Below are positions 28,548 through 37,179 of a stretch of 64,000 nt of DNA, one piece after another (position 1 is the stretch's first letter; every line of letters begins with the position of its first letter). Source of the stretch: Fibrobacteria bacterium (lineage in GTDB: Bacteria; Fibrobacterota; Fibrobacteria; UBA11236); assembly GCA_041746255.1 (NCBI GenBank), contig JBGTHM010000081.1, positions 1 to 64,000 on the forward strand, given 5' to 3'. The notes under the pieces are model-generated. The model had not been told where the DNA came from. It was given only the letters and a program-made list of their open reading frames with translations, and made no database searches. Both the position numbers and the translations under genes were made by a program.

Positions 28548-29954
28548 ATGATATCACCCTTGACCGGCCCGCCCGCTCGGCCCGGAACCAAGGGGCAGTG
28601 GGGGGCCTTTGGACTTTACCCCCGGGAAATAACCGGATTTTTCACCCGCCGTAGAACCGCCGTGGGCTGGGTGCTCATGGTCTTGTTTCTGGGCGTCCCC
28701 TGGCTTAAATGGCAAGGACGGCCTTTTTTACTCTTCGATGTATTCGGGCGAAAATTGAATATCGGCCCCTGGGAATTCTGGCCGCAAGATGTCCGGTTGT
28801 TCCTCCCCGCCGTGTTGGCTTTCGTTTTAGGGATATTTTTCGTGACGGCTAGGTACGGTCGAATATGGTGCGGCTGGGCCTGTCCGCAAACCGTCTTTTT
28901 GCAATTCCTCTTCGCTCCCTTAGAACGGTTACTGGAGGGCCGTTCCTCTGTGCGGCGCAAGCGCGACGGCGAGGGTTTTACCTGGAATCGGGGCGCACGT
29001 AAAATCCTCAAGCATGGAATCTTCCTCGTGTTGGCCGTTATCATCGGAAATTCCGCTTTGGCCTATTTTTGGGGCATGCACAATTTACTCTGGGCCTTGC
29101 AACGTCCGCCTTCCGAGAATTGGGCCGGGTTTGTTTTCATGGGAGGGTTTTCCCTGGCATTTTATTTCGTCTTCGCTTGGTTCAAGGAAAAGGCTTGTAC
29201 CATCGTCTGTCCTTACGCCAAATTTCAGAGCGTGCTTACCGATAGGCGCAGTTTGGTTATCGCCTATGACCCGGGAAGGGGAGAGGCGCGCGGCAAAGCC
29301 AAGGGTAGAGTGCGCGAGGGGTTGGGCGATTGCGTGGATTGCGGATTCTGCGTGCAGGTCTGTCCTACCGGCATAGACATTCGCGATGGGCAACAGCTGG
29401 AATGTATCGGGTGCGCGCGTTGCCTGGATGCCTGCGATAAAATCATGGACGCCTGGAAAATGCCGCGGGGATTGGTGCGGTACGCCACTCTGAACGAGTT
29501 GGAGGGCGAAAAGTCGCGGGGTATCGCCTGGAGGCCTTGGATTTACGGAGCCTTGTCGTTGGGTCTGGCGGTGGTTTTTTTTGCGATTGTCTTGGGTCGG
29601 CCGCCATTTTCCGTGGATGCGAAGCGTATAGGGAGCGAGCCTTTCCTAATCCGGGATGACGGCGCGGTTACCAATCATTTCTCTCTTAAAGTGCATAACA
29701 ATGATAACGTACGGCACATTTACCGGATTATCCTGCTCCAGGCCGCCGATTTCCGGCATAATTGGGAGAGCCGCGACTTTGCGGTGGGCGCGGGACAGAA
29801 TGCGGAAATTCCCATCGATATCATCGTTCCCGAGGGAGCGATAACCGGGGGCAAACGGGAAATCGCCATACGTATCCACTCCGATGGCCATGCCACCCAA
29901 AAAAAAGTTTACCTGATGGGTCCTGAAAAAAGGAAGAACACTCATGAAAAATGA
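28548..29954 (+). CDS. ccoG: cbb3 accessory 4Fe-4S protein CcoG/FixG
   Basis: GRIWCGWACPQTV, C...CPY, CVDCGFCVQVCPTGIDIR and CIGCARCLDAC. Confidence 0.95.
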   Translation: MISPLTGPPARPGTKGQWGAFGLYPREITGFFTRRRTAVGWVLMVLFLGVPWLKWQGRPFLLFDVFGRKLNIGPWEFWPQDVRLFLPAVLAFVLGIFFVTARYGRIWCGWACPQTVFLQFLFAPLERLLEGRSSVRRKRDGEGFTWNRGARKILKHGIFLVLAVIIGNSALAYFWGMHNLLWALQRPPSENWAGFVFMGGFSLAFYFVFAWFKEKACTIVCPYAKFQSVLTDRRSLVIAYDPGRGEARGKAKGRVREGLGDCVDCGFCVQVCPTGIDIRDGQQLECIGCARCLDACDKIMDAWKMPRGLVRYATLNELEGEKSRGIAWRPWIYGALSLGLAVVFFAIVLGRPPFSVDAKRIGSEPFLIRDDGAVTNHFSLKVHNNDNVRHIYRIILLQAADFRHNWESRDFAVGAGQNAEIPIDIIVPEGAITGGKREIAIRIHSDGHATQKKVYLMGPEKRKNTHEK

Positions 29955-30459
29955 ATCGGGAGCGGAAACCCTTTCCCCCATCCCCTCACGTGGTGGAAGT
30001 TGGCTATGGGGCGTGGGAGGTTTTGTTCTCATCGTCCTTTCCGCCAATTCCGTTTTGGTATACCATGCGGTGTCTTCGCATCGACCGTTGGTGCGAGATG
30101 ATTATTATTCCGCGAGCCTGATATATGATGATATTCGGGAGCAACGCCTGCGTGCGGATACCTCCAATTTTATCTGGGATTTGGAAAAGGCGCAAGAAGG
30201 TTGGCAATTGCGTTTGCAAGCCTCCGAAGAACCGCTTGCCTTTCAGGGAGTCCTTCGCTTCTATCGCCCTTCGGATCAATCCCTCGACCGTGAAGTGAAA
30301 ATCCGCTATATGGGCTGGAACGAAAGCGAGGGTTTTGCCTTATACCTAGGTGAGACGGCTCCTTTGGCCCGAGGAGCCTGGGAAATCCAGGTGAGTTTGA
30401 CCGATGATCGGGGTATCAGCATGGAAAAGATATTCCACCGCTTTTTGGAGGAAGGTTGA
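29944..30459 (+). CDS. ccoH: CcoH/FixH family protein
   Basis: N-terminal TM, LVRDDYY, FYRPSDQSLD and G.W, in the expected cluster position. Confidence 0.8.
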   Translation: MKNESGAETLSPIPSRGGSWLWGVGGFVLIVLSANSVLVYHAVSSHRPLVRDDYYSASLIYDDIREQRLRADTSNFIWDLEKAQEGWQLRLQASEEPLAFQGVLRFYRPSDQSLDREVKIRYMGWNESEGFALYLGETAPLARGAWEIQVSLTDDRGISMEKIFHRFLEEG

Positions 30460-30460
30460 G

Positions 30461-32914
30461 ATGATCGCCCGGACGCCCGCGATTTCCTGTTTGCATTGCG
30501 GACAGGATTTGCTGCATTCTCGCCATGAAAACGAGGCGGGCGAATGGTTCTGCTGCCTGGGTTGTTTGCATGTCAACGAATTGCTTGCCGGAAAGGAATG
30601 GAGCCCTTATTACGAACTATTGGAAGCTTCGGGGAAGAAGCCTCCCACAGGTGTCACCGTGGCCGATGCAGAGTTCGCGGAATGGCAGGACCAGGAACAA
30701 CTTGTTTCTCTGGGGCAATGGACCGGCTCCTTGCACCGGTTGGAATTGGGCAGCCCCGACATTTCCTGCGCCGCTTGCGGTTGGTTGCTGGAAAAGGTTT
30801 TACCCGAAGCCGGCGCCCAATATGTCCGGGTGGATTTTTTGCGCGGTCGACTCGAAATCGAATACGATTCGGAGCAAACCAGTCTACGAAAACTGGTTGA
30901 GCGAGCGGCCCGTTTAGGCTATCGTCTGGCCGTGGCTAACCCCGTAGGCGGAGGTTCGTCCTCCGATCGCAGTCATGCGGCCCGGCTGGCCGTATCCGGC
31001 GCCATCTTCGCGAATGTGATGTCCTTTTCACTAGCGCATTATTTCGGGCTTTTTTCAGGTATCGAACCTTCCTGGGTTGCCTTTTTCGGAATTTACGCCT
31101 TCATCCTGACTTTGCCCGCGGTGACTTATTGTGCTTGGCCTTTCTATCGTCGGGCCATTTACGGTATGTGTCATGGAATTTACCATCTCGATACCACCGT
31201 ATCACTGGGCATCTTGATTACCTTCGCGGTTTCGGTAGCTTCCATGGCGAGAGGCCATCTCTTCAATTATTTCGATAGCGTTACCGGATTAATTTTCTTT
31301 CTCCTCATAGGCCGCTGGGCCGTGCGTCGTTTCGAATCCGGTTTGGCCTTCGATTCGGGCTGGACGGGTATCATGCCGGAGGGACGAACCCGCTGTTTGC
31401 GCGATTCGCGGTGGGAGTGGGTTCCCACGGAAACCGTAGCGCAGGGTGAAACGATTGTGGTTTTTTCCGGAGAGACCCTTCCCTTAGATGGAAACCTGCT
31501 TTCCGCAAGCGCCCAATTGGATACCAGCTTATTAACGGGAGAAGCCCGACCAGCCGCTTTGGAGCGAGGCGCGCAGGTTTTCGCGGGGTATAGGAATACC
31601 GGCGGGAAAATCGAAATCGAAGTGAGCGCCACGCTGGCGGAGTCGCGCCTGCAAGGATTACGGAAACAAATCGAAACCTTGCAGGCGGAAAAGTCGAACC
31701 GGCCTTCGCGAGGAGATAAGGTGGCGGCGGCATTTACCCTGGTGATTCTGACTTTGGCCGTGTCCGCGTTTTTCCTGCATTGGAACAGCGGGATTTTCGC
31801 AGCCCTGCTGATTACGGCCAGCGTGCTAATCGTTTCCTGCGCCTGCGCTTTTGCCCTGGCGGTTCCCATCAATTTGGGATTGGGCCTCAAGCGCGCTCGC
31901 GAGTTGGGATTCCATCTTCGCAACGGAGAAGTCCTCCGCGGCTTGGCTCGCGTCCGCTTCGTCCTGTTCGATAAAACGGGAACACTCACCTTCGTCAAGC
32001 GACGTCTGCGGGCTTGGCATTGGTTGGGAGGTTTTACCTCTCGCACCTTCCAAGCAGCATTACTGCCGTCGCTTAAAGCGTTATGTATCGCAACCACACA
32101 TCCCGTGGCGGTGAGTTTGCGTGATTCCCTGCGGGAAACCGATGCTTCCCGGGTAGAGCTCGAAGGGCTGCGGGAAATCCTGCACTTTGGCATGGTCGCG
32201 CGGGAGAAATACGGGGCGCGGCGGGAAATCTGCCTTTGCCGTTATGCCGCATGGAGCGAAAAGCCCGAGACCTTCCTGAAATTAGGCTATTCGCTTCCCG
32301 ACACGGCATCGCTGGAAGCCGGCGCGATGCATCCGGATTCGGCCCTATTTGTAGATGGGGTATTGGCGGCGGTTATTTCTTTCACGGAAGAAATCAAACC
32401 CGGCGTTTCCAGGCTGAACCGGAAACTCGAGACCATGGGAATCGGTAAGACCCTTTTATCCGGAGATCATCCCAAGCGTGTCGCAGCCTTCGCGGAAACG
32501 GCCGGTTTTTCGGAGTTTAAAGGTGGACTCAGTCCCGAGGAAAAACGCGAGGAAGCCCAGTCTCTCCGGATGCGTCATGGAAACTGCCTGGCGGTCGGCG
32601 ATGGCTTCAACGATAGCCTGTTATTCGGCGAAGCGGATTGGGGGTTGGCCATTGCGGGTCCCGCCGACTTTCTCACCGAACAGGCCGATATACTTTTCAC
32701 GGGAGAAGACCCTTCCGCCATAGCGGATCTGCTGGGATTGGCGCGCCGGGTGCGCAGCGGTATCATTTTGGCTTACGGGCTTTCCTTCACCTACAACGCG
32801 GCCGCTTTAACATTGGCGTTTCAGGGTTTGGTGACACCGCTATTGGCCGCCGTGCTCATGCCCTTGAGTAGCCTTACTTTGTGCTTGGCTGCTTGGTTAC
32901 GCATTGGGCGTTAG
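30461..32914 (+). CDS. ccoI: Heavy-metal (Cu) P1B-type ATPase CcoI/FixI
   Basis: CLHCG..FCC.GC N-terminal domain, HMA CAAC, LTGE, DKTGT, HP and GDGFND. The TM motif is CAC rather than CPC. Confidence 0.9.
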   Translation: MIARTPAISCLHCGQDLLHSRHENEAGEWFCCLGCLHVNELLAGKEWSPYYELLEASGKKPPTGVTVADAEFAEWQDQEQLVSLGQWTGSLHRLELGSPDISCAACGWLLEKVLPEAGAQYVRVDFLRGRLEIEYDSEQTSLRKLVERAARLGYRLAVANPVGGGSSSDRSHAARLAVSGAIFANVMSFSLAHYFGLFSGIEPSWVAFFGIYAFILTLPAVTYCAWPFYRRAIYGMCHGIYHLDTTVSLGILITFAVSVASMARGHLFNYFDSVTGLIFFLLIGRWAVRRFESGLAFDSGWTGIMPEGRTRCLRDSRWEWVPTETVAQGETIVVFSGETLPLDGNLLSASAQLDTSLLTGEARPAALERGAQVFAGYRNTGGKIEIEVSATLAESRLQGLRKQIETLQAEKSNRPSRGDKVAAAFTLVILTLAVSAFFLHWNSGIFAALLITASVLIVSCACAFALAVPINLGLGLKRARELGFHLRNGEVLRGLARVRFVLFDKTGTLTFVKRRLRAWHWLGGFTSRTFQAALLPSLKALCIATTHPVAVSLRDSLRETDASRVELEGLREILHFGMVAREKYGARREICLCRYAAWSEKPETFLKLGYSLPDTASLEAGAMHPDSALFVDGVLAAVISFTEEIKPGVSRLNRKLETMGIGKTLLSGDHPKRVAAFAETAGFSEFKGGLSPEEKREEAQSLRMRHGNCLAVGDGFNDSLLFGEADWGLAIAGPADFLTEQADILFTGEDPSAIADLLGLARRVRSGIILAYGLSFTYNAAALTLAFQGLVTPLLAAVLMPLSSLTLCLAAWLRIGR

Positions 32915-32963
32915 CGTAACCTGTGTAATTTCGTCACTTTTTACCTCTTCAAATTCGCCAAGG

Positions 32964-33086
32964 CTAAACGCATCCGATTTCAGTCCATTCGTGGAAAAGG
33001 GGGGACTGGGAAAGGCTTGGCAGCTATTCGGGGACGGAATGGACACCCTGCTAGATGAAGTAAATAACCGGCTTTTGGCCTGCTAA
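32964..33086 (+). pseudogene. hsdR: C-terminal remnant of a type I restriction endonuclease HsdR (EcoEI R C-terminal-like)
   Basis: The translation DFSPFVEKGGLGKAWQLFGDGMDTLLDEVNNRLLA* resembles the PF...GGLGK..QLFG......ELN..L.A terminus I recall for EcoEI-type HsdR. The rest of the gene is absent. Confidence 0.65.
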
Positions 33087-33348
33087 GCGCATCTGACTTG
33101 GGATTGACTGCCAAAATTTTGGGTCAACCTGAGATTTATAGCTGAATTCGGAAAGTTTCCCCGAAATATTCATTCTATTATTGCGGCTATCAACGAAATT
33201 TTCAGTCGAAAATCTCGGTTTCGTGATTACCCCGAAGAATATCGGAGAGCCTTTGAGGTTTCAAGGTGGAAAAAAATGAAGGAGAGTTCCGGGGACAGTT
33301 TTTGTCATATGATGTATTTAGTTTTGGCATTAAAGGGCAAATCTACCG

Positions 33349-34290
33349 ATGTTTTATAGACGCAAAATAATCTTGGCCCTGCTTCAAGCATGGGATAACC
33401 AGTTGTCAAATACAGATTTTCAAAAAATTCTATTCTTGCTTTCCAAGAAGCAGGAGACGCCCTCTTTCGAATTTGTTCCCTACAAGTTCGGCTGCTTTTC
33501 CTGGCAATCGTATGCGGATAAAAGAACCATGACCGGTTATGGGCAACTGGGGGAAAAGGACGATTGGCAGAAAGCCTGTAACGAGGACTATCTTGCCCAG
33601 ATTTCCGAGGCTGATAGGGCCAGCATTCTGGATCTGATTAGGGAAATCGGGAGCCTAGGCGGAAAGGAACTTATCCGCTATGTATACCTGAAGTATCCGT
33701 ACTATGCGATTAAAAGCGAAATAGCCGCGAAAATGATGAGCAAAAGTGAGTTGGATGCCATTGCCAAGGAAATGCCGGTCGATGAATCCATAACCCTCTT
33801 TACAATCGGATACGAAGGGATATCCTTCGATGGGTTTTTGAATGTGCTGATAAAAAACAATGTGCGGGTATTATGCGATGTCCGAAAAAATCCCTTGAGT
33901 ATGAAGTACGGTTTTTCCAAGAACCAATTGAAGGGTGCGCTCACGGAGTTGGGAATCCGCTATTTGCATATTCCAGAGCTTGGTATTTCGTCGGATAAAC
34001 GCCAGAACCTCTCCTCAAGCAAGGATTATGAGATTCTTTTCGAGAAATATGAGAAAACTACCTTGCGACTTCAAAAACCATTTATTGAAAAAATCATGGA
34101 CACTCTGGAGTCGGAAAAAAGAGTCGCTTTGATGTGCTTCGAAAAGAATCCTTGCATGTGCCACCGGGGACGTTTGGCGAACGCGCTTGCCGAACTTTCC
34201 CGTTTTCATTACTCCTTGGCTCATATCGGGAATGGACATGAAAAAAAGAATTCTCATAACGGTCAAAACTTATCCGACCTTTTCGGATAA
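33349..34290 (+). CDS. DUF488 domain protein with an N-terminal wHTH (Panacea/SocA-like) domain
   Basis: C-terminal half: LFTIGYEG, LCDVRKNPLS.K.GFSK, Y.H.PELG and ALMCFE....CHR (DUF488). N-terminal half: FQKILFLL...FEFVPYKFGCFS. Confidence 0.8.
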   Translation: MFYRRKIILALLQAWDNQLSNTDFQKILFLLSKKQETPSFEFVPYKFGCFSWQSYADKRTMTGYGQLGEKDDWQKACNEDYLAQISEADRASILDLIREIGSLGGKELIRYVYLKYPYYAIKSEIAAKMMSKSELDAIAKEMPVDESITLFTIGYEGISFDGFLNVLIKNNVRVLCDVRKNPLSMKYGFSKNQLKGALTELGIRYLHIPELGISSDKRQNLSSSKDYEILFEKYEKTTLRLQKPFIEKIMDTLESEKRVALMCFEKNPCMCHRGRLANALAELSRFHYSLAHIGNGHEKKNSHNGQNLSDLFG

Positions 34291-35044
34291 GTACGAGGAA
34301 TTGGTTTGTACTGCAGGATTCACCGAAGCCGGCGAGTGGATTCGTATCTACCCGGTCCCCTACCGGAAACTGGATTTTGGCAGTCAATACAGCAAGTATG
34401 CATGGGTCGAGCTTGACCTGGTTAAAAATACCGAGGATCCACGCCCCGAATCCTGGCGTCCGACAAACCGGGATGACATAAAGATTGTCGGCAGGATCGA
34501 TACCAGTAACGGCCTGTGGACGGCAAGAAAAGCCATTGTATTGAAAGAGGTTCACACCTCGATGGCTACTTTGATAGCGGATGCAAAAAATCCGGATATC
34601 GCCACTTCCTTGGCTGTTTTCAAACCTAAAAAGGTCCATGATTTCATCTGGGAGGAAGAGCAGGAGAAGGAATGGGATAAGGAAAAGCTATCCATCCTTC
34701 AGCAGGGGAACCTGTTCGAAGAAAAGGGCGCTGAATTCAAAGTGGTTCGGAAGCTGCCTTTCAAATTCAAATACGTTTTTGAATCCGAGTCCGGAAGTAT
34801 CCACAAATTAATGATCGAGGACTGGGAATTGGGTGCCTTATTTTGGAAGGGGTTGGAAAAGACTCAGGATGGAGCGAAAGCATGTGAATACGTCCGTGCA
34901 AAATATTTTGATGCATTCGTTAAAAAGCACGACCTGTATTTTTTCCTGGGTACGACCAAGCTCTGGCATTTCCGGGCACCCAATCCATTTATAATCATTG
35001 GTACCTTTCATCCACTGGCGGATCCTCAAATGACGCTGCTTTGA
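34238..35044 (+). CDS. Uncharacterised DUF488 partner protein (possibly dual-OB-fold-like)
   Basis: Intact 268 aa ORF overlapping the DUF488 gene, with VKTYP..S.KY.E.VCTAG....GEWIRIYP, D.RPES, IEDWE.G.L and FFLGT. Confidence 0.75.
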   Translation: MKKRILITVKTYPTFSDKYEELVCTAGFTEAGEWIRIYPVPYRKLDFGSQYSKYAWVELDLVKNTEDPRPESWRPTNRDDIKIVGRIDTSNGLWTARKAIVLKEVHTSMATLIADAKNPDIATSLAVFKPKKVHDFIWEEEQEKEWDKEKLSILQQGNLFEEKGAEFKVVRKLPFKFKYVFESESGSIHKLMIEDWELGALFWKGLEKTQDGAKACEYVRAKYFDAFVKKHDLYFFLGTTKLWHFRAPNPFIIIGTFHPLADPQMTLL

Positions 35045-35101
35045 TATTATGGCCCAGCAACCTCATCCAAGCATTCTTCAAATATGAATTCTATTAAAAT
35101 A

Positions 35102-35239
35102 ATGGCTACCTGCGATGTGCATACCCTTCTTCGATTGCCGACAGGATCATTCTATGCCCAGTGCGTTAATGTTGAGAACCTGGAGGCGGGGTTGAACAGT
35201 TTCAAGGAGGTTATTGCTTCCTTGAACTGGAAAGCGTAG
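35102..35239 (+). pseudogene. hsdM: Internally deleted remnant of a type I methyltransferase HsdM
   Basis: My translation (below the ORF-track cutoff) is MATCDVHTLLRLPTGSFYAQCVN-VENLEAGLNSFKEVIASLNWKA*. This joins an HsdM core motif (CDLHT.LRLPTG.FYAQGV) directly to an HsdM C-terminal helix (ENLEAGL.SF.E). Confidence 0.7.
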
Positions 35240-35252
35240 TTCGATAGGATTT

Positions 35253-37058
35253 TCACCTCTTACCTGCACAAGAGTAGAGGAATACCGGAGAGTTCTCCAC
35301 AATAATCTCGCAGGCGCCTTCCCGCGCAAGTCGAAACACCTCTTCGAAATAAACCGTGTCGGACAAGCCTTTATACGCCGCATCCTGGATATGCGAGTAA
35401 TGTTCCCGGTAATTGGTGTCCAACAGTAGATAGCCGCCAAAGCTTGGGGATAAACCATGGGGGAAGAGTTGCAGGTCTCTTCTGTTTGTCAGGTGGAGGG
35501 CGGTGTGGCCTTGGGCGATGACTGGGGCTCCGGCAGGGACACTCCGCACCGCAGCCGCCAGTTTTTCCGCTTTTGCGCTGACGGAATACCTTTCCTCCTT
35601 TACTTTCCAAAAACGAAGCGATAGGGGAGATTCCCCGCATACGACTCCGAACATAAGGGTGGCAAATAGCATGGATAGCGCGGTTTTTGCCCGCTTTTCA
35701 GTGGAAAAATTCTTCATGTGAATCACAATCAAATAAAACATCAAAGCCATCGGAGCCACCCAATGGTGGTTGTGCAGGTAAAAATCGCCGTACAATTCCT
35801 TGAAAAGAAAAAGGGACAGTACGAAAAGATATGCGGGCCTCAGGATGGGGATGAAGAGCAGCGGCGCCAGCAAAAAAAGTGCGTTTTCCCAATTCCGGAA
35901 TGTCCATACTTGTTCAAGTACCTTCAAGGGATTAAACAGAATGTAGTTGACCATGGCCATCAGGGAGGCCGGCTCTCCGCCCATGTTATAAAGCGTGCCC
36001 AAGGCCTCGCTGGCTTTTCCCTGATTGAAGTGCGGGATGATCCAAATCATGGATACCAGGAAATACCCCGCCGCCAGGCATAGGAGAAGGGCGTGAAAAC
36101 GAATTCGTTCCGGCTTGACCCGTATAAACCATATCAATAATGGTATCAGGCCTAGAGAGATGTGCTCCTTGGTGGATAGTGCTAGCAGGAAGAACAACAA
36201 GGCGGGGAAGTTTCTACCGAGATGCATGTAATAGAGGAATCCGAGAATAAACCCTCCGGCCAGCACGTCGGAATGAAAATCGTAGAGAAGTCCGTAGTGC
36301 ACCGTGAAGTTGAGTAAAAAAGCCAGGACGATCACACCAACAATGTTTCCATCGCCGGACCAAAGTAGTTCTCCCAGGCGGAACAGGTAGTAGGCGGCCA
36401 TCAAAACCGAAGCGGTGGCGATGAAGTATAGGGTCGCGGGGGAGGGTAGGATCGCGAATGGAAGAGCGAGCAGGTAGAGAATCGGGGACGCATGATCCGC
36501 CCATTGACTGCCGTATCCGCCTGCGATGAGGGCCATCTCCAGGGGGACGCCTTGTATCGTATTCCACAAAGGGTGTAGGTAATAACCCAGATCCATCCAG
36601 TTGCTGTAATAACCACGGAATTTTAGGTGGGGGAGATAGGTGAAGACAAAGAGATAAAGCGATCCCAGTAATGCAATGACGCCGACAGGGGGAATTCCCA
36701 GGGGAAGTTTCCGAGCCAATCCTTGCCCCAGAGAAAATGCCAGGGAAAGAATCATGCAGGTCAGGAGCATTGGGTTGATGAATTGGGGAGGGAGAGGAAA
36801 CTGACGCAGCCATAATCCGGCGAGAGAGAGGGAAAAGAGGAGAACGAAAGTTTTGGGGCCGGAAGGGAATGTTCTGTATTTCGCCAGCTCGGATATTATC
36901 AGGATTATCACTACCCATGGTAGGGAGGCAGAGAGAATGGAGGGAATGGTGGCCGAGAATTTGGTGAAAACGATATTACTTAGGCCCAAAAGCAGGTATA
37001 GGAAGACTCTCACCGGGTAGTGGTCATCGAATCTCCTTGAAAAAAAGGGGGGCGTCAT
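35253..37058 (-). CDS. DUF2079 family membrane protein (putative GT-C glycosyltransferase)
   Basis: Multi-TM protein with DLGYY, DHASPIL, YDFHSD and LSTKE, and a C-terminal soluble domain (VPAGAPV.A...HL..R). Confidence 0.7.
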   Translation of the reverse strand: MTPPFFSRRFDDHYPVRVFLYLLLGLSNIVFTKFSATIPSILSASLPWVVIILIISELAKYRTFPSGPKTFVLLFSLSLAGLWLRQFPLPPQFINPMLLTCMILSLAFSLGQGLARKLPLGIPPVGVIALLGSLYLFVFTYLPHLKFRGYYSNWMDLGYYLHPLWNTIQGVPLEMALIAGGYGSQWADHASPILYLLALPFAILPSPATLYFIATASVLMAAYYLFRLGELLWSGDGNIVGVIVLAFLLNFTVHYGLLYDFHSDVLAGGFILGFLYYMHLGRNFPALLFFLLALSTKEHISLGLIPLLIWFIRVKPERIRFHALLLCLAAGYFLVSMIWIIPHFNQGKASEALGTLYNMGGEPASLMAMVNYILFNPLKVLEQVWTFRNWENALFLLAPLLFIPILRPAYLFVLSLFLFKELYGDFYLHNHHWVAPMALMFYLIVIHMKNFSTEKRAKTALSMLFATLMFGVVCGESPLSLRFWKVKEERYSVSAKAEKLAAAVRSVPAGAPVIAQGHTALHLTNRRDLQLFPHGLSPSFGGYLLLDTNYREHYSHIQDAAYKGLSDTVYFEEVFRLAREGACEIIVENSPVFLYSCAGKR

Positions 37059-37179
37059 TCCTTGCCCATTATACCCTATCTACCTTAGCGAAAATCCCGG
37101 AAACCCCCTAATGTCCCGAGGAGTGTTAAATTGTTTCCAGGCAACCAAGGGTTTTTCAGTCCAGAGGCAAAGTCACCCC

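Noticed and set aside
33108..33359. Open stretch of about 83 codons between the hsdR remnant and the DUF488 gene (..SIIAAINEIFSRKSRFRDYPEEYRRAFEV..)
   Set aside because: No good start or RBS and no family I recognise. It may be another decayed cargo gene, and BLASTx would decide.
35045..35100. PSNLIQA as a possible further hsdM fragment (TPR.LI.A motif)
   Set aside because: Too short and too divergent to support.
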